DNA from: the human T2T-CHM13v2.0 reference genome, Homo sapiens
Length of the DNA: 64,000 nt
NCBI RefSeq assembly: GCF_009914755.1
Contig: NC_060930.1
Direction: 5' to 3' (one strand)
Of the stretch, positions 27,121 to 43,155 are shown in pieces (positions within the stretch are counted from its first letter, which is position 1; every line of letters begins with the position of its first letter). The notes beneath the pieces are model-generated. The model was given only the letters and a program-made list of their open reading frames with translations. It made no database searches and was not told where the DNA came from. The translations under genes and the position numbers were made by a program.

Positions 27121-27749
27121 ATTGCAAGTTCCCTGTGGTTGGGGACCAGGTTAGTTTTCTCTCACTATTTTACCTCTAAGGCTTAGCACAATTCCAGGAA
27201 CATGTATTTTTAACGAATAAATGAATGGAACTATGGGGTCATATAAGCCAAAGCAAGGAAGTTGTGGCAAGAAGGACACATGCTGAAAAGTGGTCCTGAA
27301 TTAGTGATGTGGGCGTCATTCCTAACTTCAGCAGAAGCAGCTCAGCAGAGATGGTGGGGTCATAGGTAGTCAGAGCAGATAATACCAACTTATATCACCA
27401 CCACCACCTATGTGAAGTACCATTTTGCTTGCATCCTCACCAACATTAGGTATTACCAATCTTGCTGATTTGAAAGGCAAAAATAGGTGTTATTTGACTT
27501 TGAATTCCTCTAAGGCTTTAAGCATATTGGAGGTTGCTTTTTATGGGATGGGGACAAATTATTCATTTATATATATTTCTTGCTTTTCTATTCTGATGTT
27601 TTATTTTTTCCTTTCTTTAGTTTAAACAGCTTTATGTCTAGTAAAGAGTTTAACTCTGTCATCCAGGTGATAAACATTTCCCTGTTCTCTCATTTGTCTA
27701 TTCAAGTTAATTGGCTTATAATATCTGTTATAGGGAAAGTATTAATTAA

Positions 27750-28044
<295 letters not shown>

Positions 28045-28049
28045 AAATG

Positions 28050-29760
28050 TTTTAATTTTTAAAGTCAAATTTATTTCTCTAACTTTTAAAATGAGCAGTA
28101 CATTCGCATAATTCAAAAATTGAAAAAAGAACACAAGAGTTTTGGAATGGAAAATCTCATTCCTACCCCTGTGCCCATCCATCCAGTGCCCCCTCAATCA
28201 ATGGTGACAGGTACCACTATTGTTAGTGGCTTATACACTTTCCAGAGTTTACTTTTGTGTACAGACACAGATATAAAAATAGATGTCTATTTTTCCTCCT
28301 TTTATATACACAAAAGGTAGAAGATTATACACACATTCTGTACCTTGGTGTTTTTCATTTAATAGTATATTTTGGAGTTCTTTCCATTTCAGAACACTGT
28401 GATCTTTATCCCTCTCTATAGCTGTAGAATATCTTGATAAGAATGCTTTCTACTTTTTAAATGATAAAAAATAATTTCTCATATTTCTTATATTTTGATA
28501 GTTTCAATTTTTACATTTATGTATTTGATCAGTCTGGCAGCTGTTTTCACAAGGTTTGAATCAAACATTCATTCTTTTTAAAATAGGGATCCAGTTGTCC
28601 CGGCAGTGCTTCTTGGATAATCCATCTTTTCCCCATTGATTTGAAATGCCATTTTACCCTATAATAAATTCTTATAAACACCCATGGCTGTTTCCAAAAG
28701 TCTCTATTATGTTCTATTGATTGATTTGTCTGGGCCAGAACAGTATTGTACTGTTTTAATTTCGCCAGTATTTTAGTGTATTTTGTTAACTGGTAAGGCA
28801 AATACCCTTTCTTAATTCTTTTCAAACATTTCTTCATTATTGTCTTATCTTTTACTTTATGGGTGAACTTTATAACTAATAAGTTCAAAAACACGTTAAA
28901 ATGTTGATTGACATCGCACTAAATAGATATATAAACTTGTGGATAAATATCTTCAAATATTGGCTTCCCATATGGAGCATCAAATGCTGTCTCTTTGTTG
29001 ATTAAGCTCTTCTATATTTCTCTGTCAAGTTTTGTGATTTCCTTTTTTTTTTTTTTTTTTTACATCTTTTACATTTTTAAAGTTAATTTCTAGGTATTTT
29101 ATGTATTTTTTTTTTGCCTCTTTTTCTCTCATTATACCTAATTGATTCTTTCTGGAATAAAGTTTGCTACTGATTTTTATAAATTTGTCTATTTTTGTTT
29201 TGTTTTAGCTTTTATTATAGAAAATTCCAAACATACACTGAACTAAGGGAAGATATGATAAATACCCATGCTCCGACCACCCAGCCCAGCACCCATCACC
29301 CTGAAGCCAATCCCACATCATCTATACCCTGTGCATGTCTCCCACAAACTTCAGGTTATTTTGAAGCAATGACTAAATATCATATTTCAGTATAAATTTC
29401 TAAAAGATGTAGACTCTTTCTTAAAAAGCATAACTACAGTACCACTCTAACACTTAAGTAATACTAACAACAGTCCCTTTATTTCATTAAATATCCAGGG
29501 TTCACATTTCCCAAATATCTTTAAATTATTTTTTAGCAGTTCCTTTAAATAAGAATATAAATAAATTCCATGCATTGTAATTATTGGATGTCTCATACAT
29601 GTTTTTTTACCTATAGGCTTATCCTCCCTTTTTTTGCTTGTTGTTATTGTTGAAGAATTCAGGTCTTTTTTTCTCTGGAGTTCCCCATATTCTGTTTTTT
29701 CTATTTGAATCCTGTGGTGTCATTTAACATGTTCTTCTGTTACCTGTATTCCTTCCAATC
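28050..29760 (-). mobile_element. Old L1M (L1ME/MC) fragments
   Basis: T-rich antisense L1 ORF2/3' end pieces (ATCCAGTTGTCCCGGCA..TTTCCCCATTGATTTG; TTTTATTATAGAAAATTCCAAACATAC). Confidence 0.6.
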
Positions 29761-32700
29761 CTATTATCAAGGTCTCTCTAGTCATTTTGGTTGGTTGTAG
29801 CTTGGTCTCCTGTGGAGTTCCAAGAAGGGCTCATGGAAACATATTCTCTGAGTTCTTGCAAATCCATGCTACTTCTCTGCAGACTTCCTGTTTGAAGGTC
29901 AGTTCGCCTGAATGTAAAGTTCTTGGCGATTGTGAGGCTCTTCTGTTCTCAAGGCTGACAGACACCATATTGTCTCCCTCTGCTTGCTTCTGCAGGGCTG
30001 CTAATACCACATGGATGTCATGGCCGTCTGTATTTGTCCCCACCTGTTCCTGTTTGAGGTTCTTGGGAATGTCATCTCCTCTCATTTTGTTGTAGATGTT
30101 ATCTGTGGATTTTTGGTTTTGTGATCCTATTTTTTGTTTTTATGGAGGATTCAGGAAGATTAAAGAACTCTAAAATTATCTCTTAACTCAACAACTTACC
30201 AAAATGTATGGTTTTTAAAAGTTTTCCAGCTAACTCTTATGAATTTTTCTAGCTGGAAAAATCCTACCATCTGTTTTTTATTTTATTTTTTATTCCTGAG
30301 AGTTCTTTCTTGTTCTCATATTGTTCCTTTGCTTATCCGGTTTTGTCTTCCCAAACTTGTCAAATCTCACTGAGGATTCAAAGTGGAATACATCATAAGT
30401 TCTGCCCTTTTTGGCTTTAATTTCATTTTGGTGAGAACCAATTGTTTAGCTTGCTCAAATATTTCATTTTGTGTTTGTATTCTTACAGTTAAAATCCACG
30501 TTGGTTAATTTGGGAAGATTGTGTAGTTTCGGCCAGCAATTATGTGGATCACTGTCCAACTTCCTGGTGGGTGTCTCACCATTTTATCTGCTCAGCTGGG
30601 GTAGGTGGCTTTCATGGCCCGTGTCTAACTTTTCCTCAGAGTGGGTGGGCTGTAAGAACAGCTCCACATCTGGCTTGCTTTTGGAATATACCGGCTGGGA
30701 ACACTGTGGGAGATCCCCTCATGAATGAAATGGGTAGTCACAGGAGCCCATTTAAACGCAATTGATGGTATTTACAATGGTTGTTTCTCATTGATTATGC
30801 ACGGTATTGACTCAATAGTCATTTCTCCATGATCACCTTCCTCTCCTTCTCTCTCTCTGAAGACAACAATTCAGAAGGACTGTGAAAAACAGTGATGCCA
30901 TATTAGGAGTAATCTTGAATTTGCTTTAACACACATGTGGCCAAAATAAAAGGCAAATTATTTAAAAACTCAAGTACTTTATTAGTCAAATATGATAAAG
31001 TATATGTGATGCACTTCAGAATTGATATTGACAAGCCAAGTGCCTCAAAATCTCAGCATCTTGAGTGAAAATTATGGATTTTGTATAATATAATCCGTTT
31101 TTTGTGACACACGATATACAGTGTTGTAATAACAGAAATGCTGTCAATTAAAGAAACTTTGAGATTCTTCTGGTGAACCTAGGTCTGGCAAACCTTCAGT
31201 AAAAGTTATAAGTTGCAAGGTTTAGGTTGACTTATTTAACAATATTAGTTGATTTACTTTGAGTTTGATCAAATACAATAATCATCACATCCTCCTCTTT
31301 AGTCGTGCTATGTATACAGAACTGTACTAGGAGAAAACATTTTCATACCCTGCATTTAATGACTTTTGTAGTGACGACACTTTTAAGGACAGAGCTCATT
31401 TAAGTGAATATGCCATAACTGATGATGATGAAGTTTGTTCATGGTTGAATTAACAAGTTCCTAGATGGAGTTACTGGTTGTAAAAATTCTCTCAGTTTTG
31501 ACTTACTATAATATCCTCAAATTATGATCCACATTAATTAGAGTATTTAGATACCAAGGTAGAAATGGGATCTGAAAATATCTCAGTGGAGGTTCTCAAA
31601 GCAAAGTAGAAAATCATTTCACGGGCAAAGGTGGAGGAGAGGATCTTGTCCGTGGTCCTCCCAGGTAACAAACCAATATACAAGTGGTGCATGAGAAGGA
31701 CAGATTTAGACCATGATCCTTTTCTCTCCAGTTTTTCAAATTTTCCTTCTCTGGAAAGGCTGATGAAATGAGGACATTTTATTTGCCTTTAAACCAGAGA
31801 ACAAGCCAAGTGTCGTTAAAGATGGCTCTGCTCCTGAATCATTAAAGGCCAGTGGAGGAGCTGCAATGAAATATGCCACTTTTTGACATTCCATAACATT
31901 GCCCTTCACTGCAGCTGCCAAAATTGAGCAGCTGTTTCTTACATTCCCCTGCCACTTCCTAGCTTTGCTGGAAGAAGTCAGCTCTGTTTTCTCATTACTG
32001 GTCTTTCCACCGGCTGGGCATCTGGATTCATAGTCCTGGTATCTCAATTCAATATTTTCTTTACCTCATAAATGACATGGTGGACAGATGGAGCAACCTA
32101 TAGCAATGGCTTTTCCTAGCGTGGCCCCAGTGACCCAGGCCCAGAGGTTGAACCCCAGAAATCCATCCGAGGTGATGCAAGAACCATTGTATTTTTCTGT
32201 TGAGCTAGTAGGTAGGGGTGCTCTTGAGGACACAGAGGAGAGAGGTGAGGAAACTGAGGTCTGCCATCTATTCTGCCTCTCCTCACTTGCCGACATTTGA
32301 CAGAAGTAATGCACCTGACAATGAGGAATACATAGAGGGCTCTCCTGCCTTCGGCTGTAGCAGAGTCTGATGTTCTATAGCGGTTAGAAGATTTCCCTTA
32401 GGGGGTTTTCTGGCTCCATTGCCTCTGTAAATATGAATAAATAAATTTGAGATTAGAAATTCCCATTTAGATAATTTGAATTAAATAACAGGAATGCAAT
32501 ACCCAACAGGGCATCAGATGCCTGCATAAAACCAATTCTGAGGTGTTGGCCGGGGCCTGTGTAGGCCATGGTGGCCCTAAGTCAGGGTCTAGGACCACTC
32601 TGGGGACAGAGGCTCTGTCTGGGGTGGGGCTGAGAAAACCAAGGCCATAGGGGGGTCTGGATGTAGACTCAAGTACACTGGGATGGATCCAGGCCACTGC

Positions 32701-33261
32701 TGGAAAGACCTTAATGCTTCTGCATGTTATTTTCCTGCCCCTGGCTGGTATTTGGAATTCTGCCTCTAGACAGCCATCCTTTTAGCTTAGGCTGACACCT
32801 CATTAAGCTGTGATTGTGCACATGAAGATTAATTGGTCAGAGTTTTCCCCTGAAATAATTTTTTTAGGGGCAAGGGAATTGAGGAACAAGATTGAGAAGC
32901 ATTTGATGTGGATAAAGGCGGGAAGTCAGCTTGAGGGGAGGGATGGGAAAGGGAAAGGAGAATGGGCACCATGGAATGGGAAAGGCATACAGAATATGAG
33001 CAACAGTAACACCAGAGATCAAGCCCCTGTGTTACCTGAGGATCCAAAGTAAGGTTTGCCCAAACAATTGTGTAAGAAATTGTGATGATTCGTAAACTGC
33101 ATCTGGTTCTAAGAGACACTGCATGCAGAGAAAGAACCACTCATCTCAGATATTCTGGACCGATTCAACATCTTCATCTTTCTGGATTGATGTCTCTATT
33201 ACCACTGAAAAATCTCAGAAACACTGATGTTTTTGTTTCTGAATATATTCGAGACACTTGG

Positions 33262-33497
33262 GACTCAAAGTGTGGTCTGTGGATCTGTGGCATTGGCATC
33301 ATCCAGAAGCTTGTTAGAAATATTGAATCTGATGGCTGAGTGCGGTGGCTCATGCCTGTAATCCCAGCACTTTGGGAGGCCGAGGCTGGTGGATTGCCTG
33401 AGGTCGGGAGTTTGAGAAATTCTGAATCTCAGGTCCCCCCACAGGCCTAGTGAACACAAACTAATACAATCTCAAGTTTGTGAATCATGGTTCTAGA
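33262..33497. mobile_element. MER5-like hAT element containing a tail-less Alu 5' fragment (33334-33417)
   Basis: CTCAAAGTGTGGTC..GCATCATCCAGAAGCTTGTTAGAAAT interrupted by GGCTGAGTGCGGTGGCTCATGCCTGTAATCCCAGC..GAGTTTGAGA. Confidence 0.75.
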
Positions 33498-35671
33498 GCA
33501 CCTCTTATAATTGGCCACATGAAAATGATTTGTCAGAGCAGGACAACGTGACCTTTGTAGAGAAATCCAGAAGAGGTCGTATTTTCTCATTACCAGAGCT
33601 GAACTCCTCCTTGACCTGGCCCTGAGTGGGACCCAACTAATGTTCATTTAGTACACATCTGCCTCACTGGGAAAAGAGGATTAAGAGCTTTGAAAGGGAA
33701 ATAACATCACAATATGTCTGCCACTGAGACTCTTTAGTCCTTGGAAAAAGATATTTCATTCTAAACCCTGGAGCGATACCAAACACTTGTTTAATTTGTG
33801 ATTTTTTTTTCTTGTTGTTCATGAGCAGAAAAATGACTGAGCCCATGTGGCAGCTGGAAGGTCATACGCACCCTTCCAGCCCAAGAAGGATGCAGACAGC
33901 CTCTGCAGCCCCACCAGCCAAGGGAAGCAGATCCGAGAACTGACCCATCCCTCTTACTGGCTCCTTAAATTAATTTAGGAGTCAGACTGTCATGATGATA
34001 TTGATAGCAATAGGTGAGTACTATTAGATTCCCAAGATAATGCAGACTATTGAAGAACTCTGTTTTAATATAAAATGCTGCCAATTTTCAAAACACATAA
34101 GGCATTCTTCATATTTAAGAAGTCACATACCTTGCATCTTTAAAATCATGTAGGGACTCAAGCTCTCGTTCACTATAGAAGAATTTTAAAAGTATGGATT
34201 AAGGAAGTCACATAGCGGTCAGTATCATCAATCATATATTGAAAGATTCCAACCTTCTATTCAAGAAGCTATTATCTTTTAAATCAAGAAAATGCCTAGG
34301 AGAGCCTTTCCTTGTGAAGAAAAAAAGAACTCAAAGACAGCGCTTCAGGGTTTTGCCCTGAAGTATTTTTCCCGATGGTATTTAGCTGCCAAAGTGGATG
34401 AAATCCTTAACATGAAGACTTTCTCGCCAAGAGGAGGAAGATATGAATCAAGGAACCTCATCACCCAAGCCTCAACACCCTATGGATAGAGTGGTCATCT
34501 GCTTTCTCCCAAGACAGCCCAGGTTTATGCCTCCTATCCTGTAATGGTTATTACTAACCCTGCCTCCTCCCTCATTTGCATGGACCTTAAATTATTAGAT
34601 TTATAAAAGTGCCAACTGTGTAGGCTATGAAAAGTCATATGGTTTATCGTCTAAATCCCCACTCATTACTGGAGTCCATGTGGCCCTTCAGGAGCTGACC
34701 CGACCTACCATTCCAGTGTAATTTCCAGCATTTTCCAATGCACTCTGTGTTCCAACTCTGCTGAACTACTGGGTTCCCAGAATGTGACATGTTTGATTTC
34801 TCGTGGTTTGTATGTGGCGGTTCTCTCTGCTGTTGGGAATTCATTTTCCCCACAATGTGCTCAATCTACTCTTCTCCCAGACTCTTCTAATACTAGCTCT
34901 TAGTGAAATCTCACCTGGAAGCCTCCATTCTTTGGTGCTTTGTAGAACTTTAACTCACTGCTGACTGTTTGTGGATTCTACCATCAGGCCCACTATGTGT
35001 TATGCCCAGTGCAAGTCTGTGTGAGGGAGAAAGAGAGGGAAGAAAAAGAAAGGAAGGAAAGAAGGAAGAAAATAAACATGGAGAGAATCAATAAAATAGG
35101 CATTATTACTATAGAGTCCATAGCTGCTAAAAGGGAAACTGGAATTTGGGAGTAACTTTTGCATAAGACTGTGATATTTCTCTTTAATTATCTGTTCATA
35201 TTTATTTTCCTCTTGTCTCTTCCTCATTGTTTATAATAAAGCTTCAAGGAAACCCTCAAATGTCTTGTGCACTTCTTGAGACAGGCTAGGTGTGGGAAAG
35301 CAATGAGACTGCATATTCTGCAGTGCTGCAGGGAGAAGAGTCTGGCCAGAAAGAATCAATGAAGGTCCGTTTAAGACAGGAGCAGAAAATCCAATCCTAG
35401 AGCAATGGAGAAAATAAAAAGCATGGCAGGGGCTAGCCTGGGATCACAAAGTGTCCTGGGGGTGTCTGCACTGGCAGAAGGTCCTGTATCCTGTCATCTG
35501 GTTGAATTTCAAAGTTATAGCTACGTTCATTATAATACTATTTAGGCAAGGACAGAAATCAGTACAAAGGAGTTTTTATTCCATGAGGATCTCATTAGAA
35601 GATGGATGCTCATAAAGAGAAGGTCTTAAGATGTCAGAGTATTTGGCCAAATATGCTTCTTCACTTCTTCA

Positions 35672-35858
35672 GGCAGTTTCTAAAGTGTGGTCCATGGATC
35701 ATCTGCACCAGATGATGCTAGCGGCTTGTTAAAATGCAGATTCTTGGGCTCTTTCCCAGACCCGCTGAACCAGAATTTCAGGAGCAGGTGTGGACTCCAG
35801 ATTTTCCACAGCTCATAGGGGGCCCCCGTATTTACTACGCTGTGAGAACCGCTGCCCA
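35672..35858. mobile_element. MER5A-like hAT element
   Basis: TTTCTAAAGTGTGGTCC..CTTGTTAAAATGCAGATTCTTGGGC..TGAGAACCGCTG. Confidence 0.7.
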
Positions 35859-37143
35859 GGGAGGGCTTGGTGGCCTTTCCTCACTGTATTCTACCTTGGA
35901 CAGGAGTGAGCTCCGTGGGAGAGTCAACATTTTCACACAATGGTTGAGCTGTAGAGCGAAAATGTACCATATTACTACCTGAGCCTCCCCTGGGAAACCC
36001 GGACAGAGGGGGTGGGCCTCACCTCCAGCCATGTTTCTTCTGCCAGGAATGATTCACAAATTTCCATGCTAATTATAGGGATGGCTGAGAGGCTCTAGAA
36101 AATTCCTCTTCCATGCTTCTTTGCAGCAGAGGTTGGGATGAGATTGCGATCAACCTGACATCTTCTCTTTGAATTTCCTGCATCAAGGAGACAGGCATCT
36201 GATTTCCCAACTGGCTTACTTTGGCTGTGTCGGCACTTCTATAATAAGCTCTGTCCGGTTTCTGAAAATGTGTGGAAGGTTAACATAGTGGGTCTTTGTA
36301 CTTAGTGGCCAGGAGATGAGATGCAGATCAACACAAGGGAAAGGCAAAGTCTCCTTAGTAAAATGAAACACTGACATTTTTAGTGCTACGCGGAGAGGAC
36401 TCTTACAGTGCAATGGTAGCCATTTTCCAGGTGTCCAGCTGTCCCTCAGTGGCACATACCCATTACACTGAAGTGGGTGGAGTTTTAGAAACTATTAATA
36501 TTTTTAAATTGCCTTTTCCTATCATTTAAAATCATCATTTTCTATACCACAGAATCCCTATTCCAAAATTTTGGGAATCCACATAGAGCTTTGTTTACCA
36601 GCTTATTTAGGAGCATATGTGTATTTCGTATGGAGTTTTTGTATTACTTAAGAACAAATTATTCAGGATGATAATTTCTGTATTATTTAAGTCATCGCTG
36701 TCATGCTGCTTTTAAAACAATACTTCTCAATTTGCCTAATGTCTTGAATTGCTCAACTTTTTGAGCATGGATACTATGCTTGAACTCCTGTCTGTCTGTT
36801 TTTTAAAATTACATCTGATTCGCTCAGATAGCACACAATGCAGAAAGTTTGTTTTCAGTTTGGGAACTGCGGAGTCTGGATTGCTTAGATGGCTCCAACA
36901 AATTCATCAGTCAAATGTCCCTTTACTGATAGAATATTTGTGGAGTCAGTTTGAATAATCCTGTTAAACATGGATGATTGGAAAACAACGTAAGAGCGTT
37001 TTGCTTGCTGCTAGTGCAAACCAAAGAAGAATCACCTGATGTGAAGAATCATCTAGCTTTAAGGCTTATATTCTGGTGTTGATAGCCTCTTGAAGGGCTG
37101 TTAAACTAACTCTTTCAAAGGCAAGGTTCATCAAGTTCACTTT

Positions 37144-37162
37144 GATCCAGTAGAGGGCACTG
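37144..37162 (+). promoter_or_regulatory. Candidate CTCF site
   Basis: CCAGTAGAGGGCAC fits the CTCF core CCASYAGRKGGCRS. Confidence 0.55.
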
Positions 37163-37619
37163 TATCTCTGTCCTTATGCATACATTTGTCTGTGTATTAC
37201 ATAGTATTATACATGCCCTATATTACAATATATTACTATAACGCAGTATAGCCCATTTGCCTATTTAAAACTCCTTTGGAAATTTACCTTTTATCTTCCT
37301 CAAAGGATGAGAGATTGTAATAATCCGAAACGATGAGAGATTATGTGTGATAGCGCACTTACATGTGAATCAAGTATCCATTGTTATATATTTATCCGTC
37401 TGTATCAACACACGTGTGGAATAAGCAAAGCAGGGGTTATTTTTTTGAAAAGCAACATTGAAAAAGCAACATTTTTGAAGACTCTGGCTTTTAAGGGGGT
37501 ATTACTGCATTTTCCCCTCTCTAGGAAGAATATGAATTTCTTGAAAATGACTTTGATAGCTCAAATCCCAGAATCCAGAATTCTGATTTTAAGTTGTTTT
37601 CCGTTGTGCCTGCCCCAAG

Positions 37620-37945
37620 CACCCAGCTGGCGTCGCCCAGGAAGGTCAGCTCGCGGCGTGGGGCTGGAGTTTCAGCGTCCTGGGCTGCGGGCGCCTACCA
37701 TGAGCCTGGGTGTGTAGTGCCCGGAAACCTGCTCCTGCGCGCGGAGGTCCTGCTTCAGCTCCCCACGAGGTCCGTGGATTTCAAACCGCCCTCTAGAAAG
37801 CCTCCTAGTGCGATGTTGCTGTGGGAAAACCCCTTCCCGCCCTGGCTCGGGCTCCTGGCCTCGGTGATTGCTTGCTGTTCCTCCTTCCCAATCCTTCATG
37901 TTCAAGTACGCCCGCAGACGAGCAAATCGGAGCAACCCGAGTATT
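37620..37945. promoter_or_regulatory. Small CpG-rich non-repeat segment (candidate promoter/enhancer)
   Basis: ~24 CpGs in ~320 bp against a CpG-depleted background; ETS-like CCGGAA, GC-box CCCGCCC and kB-like GGGAAAACCC. Confidence 0.55.
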
Positions 37946-39504
37946 AAACACAGCAAAGCAGTTAGAGTTGAGAAATCCGGCTTTAAACCTAACACAGAGC
38001 AATGAGGCTTTGCAATGCAGGGATAATTTGACTACAGTGACTACAGAAGGGGAACATCGTTTCTGTCCAATTAACCTGGAACAGGCATTACTCTCCCCAT
38101 GATAAACATGATGACTTGTGGAGAATGGGATCTAATTATTGAAGTTTTTGGAAATTCAGCCCAACTGGAAAGTGAATGCGTCCTTCTCTGCCTCTATTAA
38201 AAGGGAGCTTGCTTTTTTAATTCTTCTGGAAGAGCTTATTAATTCCTGTTAGAGAATCTGCTGCTGCACTAAGGGCTTTAAACCATGACACTTTTTGAAA
38301 GGGTAACAAGATAAAAGGAACGTGTTGGATGTCATCGGTCTCGATATAGTTCTAAAGTTTTGGTAATCAGAGTGCAGTGTTGAAGGCCTGGAAGTAGGGG
38401 AGAAGATGGAGGCTGGCCTCCACAAGATTGCAGATAGTCCAGAAAGTCTGCAGAAGAATCATTTTCATGCCTCCTTTCATGTTACCTTTTTTTTTAAAAA
38501 AGCAATTCCCCTTCATTTCTTCTTAGTTTATCAGGAAGAAAGGCTCAATTAGCTACTAACACATCTTTAACTGCTAATCTCACTAAATTATTTTAATTAT
38601 AGAGGCTCTGGGCAAATAAATATGTATTAAATGAATGAATTGGTCACATAGAACTAAATAAATCACACATTTTCCCACCTCTGTGCCTTGCTGAGGCTGT
38701 TCTGCTGTCTTGGACATCCTTTCCCCTTGGTTGGGACAAGTTGAATCCTGTTTATCTTTCTGCACTGCACCTATAAGAGGTTTTATAAAAAGAAATGACA
38801 AACCCACATTGGCAAAGGTGTGGTGAAAATGGCACCTTGTCTGTCACTGGATGGAATGCACCTGGTTTTACCTTTCTGAAAAACAATCAATGTACCTCAT
38901 GAATTACTCCTCAGTAAACTTATCATAATAAGGTAAGCAAAGATTTAGGGAGCAGTGTGTTTGTTTAAATGTTATTTTTTTGTGTTGGGTCTTGGCTAGG
39001 CTAGACAAGGAGATGAATGGAACTTAACCTAGGTAAGCAAGCCTTGTCTGGGAATCTATTGACATCTGATTAAATGGCAACTGAGACGCTTCTTGGAAGA
39101 GAAGTGGGGTTGGAATTAAAGAAAATTACTATGAAAAATTTCAAACACACACAAAAATAGAGTGATAGAATAAACCTTCATATTCTGGTCACCCAGATTT
39201 AACAAGTATCACAATTTTGCAATACTTGTTTCTATCCCTTCATTTTTTTTGCTGAAATATTTTAAAGCAAATCCCATTTCTCATGCCAGTTCATCTTTAC
39301 ATACTTCAGTATGCACCTTTTAAAAATATTAACTTTCTTATGTCTGCAATGCCATTATTTGCACCTAACAAAATTAACATTTTCTTTGTATCATTTATTA
39401 TTTGTTTTTTAATAAAAGTTTAATTTTTATGGGGGTAGTAGTCAGAATTCAAACAAGGTCCCTCCATTACATTTGGCTGTTGGGGATGAAAGGTTTTTTT
39501 GTTT

Positions 39505-40704
<1,200 letters not shown>

Positions 40705-40912
40705 TACTAATATCCAGAGTAAGAGTTCTATCACTCTTACTCTTGTCAGTTTCAGTGGTTATATAATTCCAAGTTTGCATACGGAATTTTAGGTTGACTC
40801 AAAAATATTATTCCACTGTGTTCTATCATCCATTAGTCCAACTATTTTTCTTTATAAGTAAACAGCGCTTTTTTTTCTCCAGCTGCTTCTAAGATCTTCT
40901 CTTTGTCTTTGA

Positions 40913-41222
<310 letters not shown>

Positions 41223-43155
41223 CGATGTGCTGTAGTTTCACAACAACGTGCCTAGATATTCATTTCTTTTTATTTATCTAGCTTAAGATTCTTTAATCAT
41301 TCTAAATATGAAACTTAGTGTCTTTCAACAATTCTGGAAAATTCTCAGTTATAATCTCTGTGAATATTTGTCTAAGTATTATCAATCTTCTATCTCTTCT
41401 GGAATTTCAATTGGATGTAAGATAGATCTTATCATTTTATCCTTTGTATCTCTTAATTTCTATTTTTTTTATCTCTTAGTTTTCCTGGAGTGCATTCTGG
41501 AAGTGGCTTCTTGGATCACTTCCAGTTCAGTAGCTCTATTTTCAGCTGTGTCTATACTTTTGTTTCAGTCATCCTTGAGTTTTATATTTCTAGTCATTCT
41601 ACTGCATTATTTTTCAAATCTTTGGTTGTAATTAAGATTTTATATTTCTTGCTTATGTTTTAAGACTCAATTTTATTTCTTGTTACATATTAAACATAAA
41701 AATTTTATGCTCAGAAGCATTTGCGATCTGAGTTTGATGTCTGTTTTTTTTCTGCTGGCTCTCACTCATGGTGCTTATTCTCCATGTATGTTTCTGATGA
41801 ATGATGTTGAACACAAATTAATGTCTTTGAAATTTTATTTTTGGAAATGCTTTGAGATCTGCCTTGAAATTACAGTCTTTCATAGAGGATTTTCATTTCT
41901 TTCTGCTAGTTCTCTGGGGCACTCGTTATCCTAGACTGTAGTAAATTAAATAATCCACTTGACAGTTTTTTGGATTGCACAGGTAATGTGAACCTGGGAC
42001 CCAAACCTATATGAGGAAGAACTTCTTACAAATTCTCAAGGTAATTTGTTTTGCCTTCTACCAAGTATAAGAAGTATAAGAGTCAAGAGAAGAAAGTTTC
42101 CAGCTGAGAGTTTATCTCTCGTTCACCCTTATAGTGAACCTCTAGGCCTTTGAGGGTTCCAGCTTTATGTGGGGGATTTTCTATTTGATTCCTACTTTGG
42201 TTGGGCCCTGGATTTTACCTGTGGTCCATGTAGCTCTAAAAAAAGAGTTATAAGATCACTAGAGTTTGAAGGTCACTAGAGTTTTTTTACAGCAAAAATC
42301 AGTTTGGGTGCTCTTTTAATCTATGGCTCTCACCTTCTTAGTTTGTCTTTGGAGTCCCTTACTTTTTTGTCTAGCTTAGCAATAAACTTAATATGATGTT
42401 TCTTATATTGTATGGTGCTTTTATATTATTTACCTTTATATGGCCTTATTATAAAACATTTGGCAGTATCCATCAAAACAAAAATCTATATGTTCTTTGA
42501 ATCAGCAATTCTACTTCTAGAAATTTCTTTGGCAGAAGTACACACATGTAAAAATGTATGCATTTTTTTGTTCACTGCTGCATTATTTATAATAATGAAA
42601 AACTATGAGTGTTCATTAATGACCACGCCATGCTATGAAGTAATGGTGAGTAGTCATTAAAAAGAATGAGTAGACATATGTACCAGCATAGGATGATCTC
42701 CAAATTTATTGTTAGGTAGAAAAAAACAAAGAAGAATGCTGCTTAGCTCTTCAGAACACCTTCTTATTATTTTTATATTTTATTTTTGGTGTCTCAAAAA
42801 ATTCTTAGCAGAAGTGGTCATTACAGCATTATATGCAAAAATAATGAAATATAATAAAAATGTGCTCTGCTAAATGTCTTTCGTCTCTTGATTTCAAAGA
42901 GCATATGTTATCATAACATCAAGCCATTAATAGACTAAGCATTTGTTATATGCATAAAAGATAAGATTATTTAAAAATTTCAAGATAGGATATTAACTTT
43001 ATAAAAAAAGCTTTTGAAGTAAAACCAATCTAATTTTTAAGGATTTTTTGGAGAGGTAGATAATTCATCCATTATTATATTTTCCCTTCTAATACCCAGA
43101 GACAATTTATCTTTTATAGAAGACTATCATTCTGTCTAGCATAATGAATGATTTT

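Noticed and set aside
31736-32047. 103-aa ORF in unique sequence
   Set aside because: Non-ATG start, no recognisable domain and no convincing exon structure; length is compatible with chance.
37594-38102. Overlapping 93-117 aa ORFs at the CpG-rich segment
   Set aside because: Expected from GC richness; no recognisable protein.
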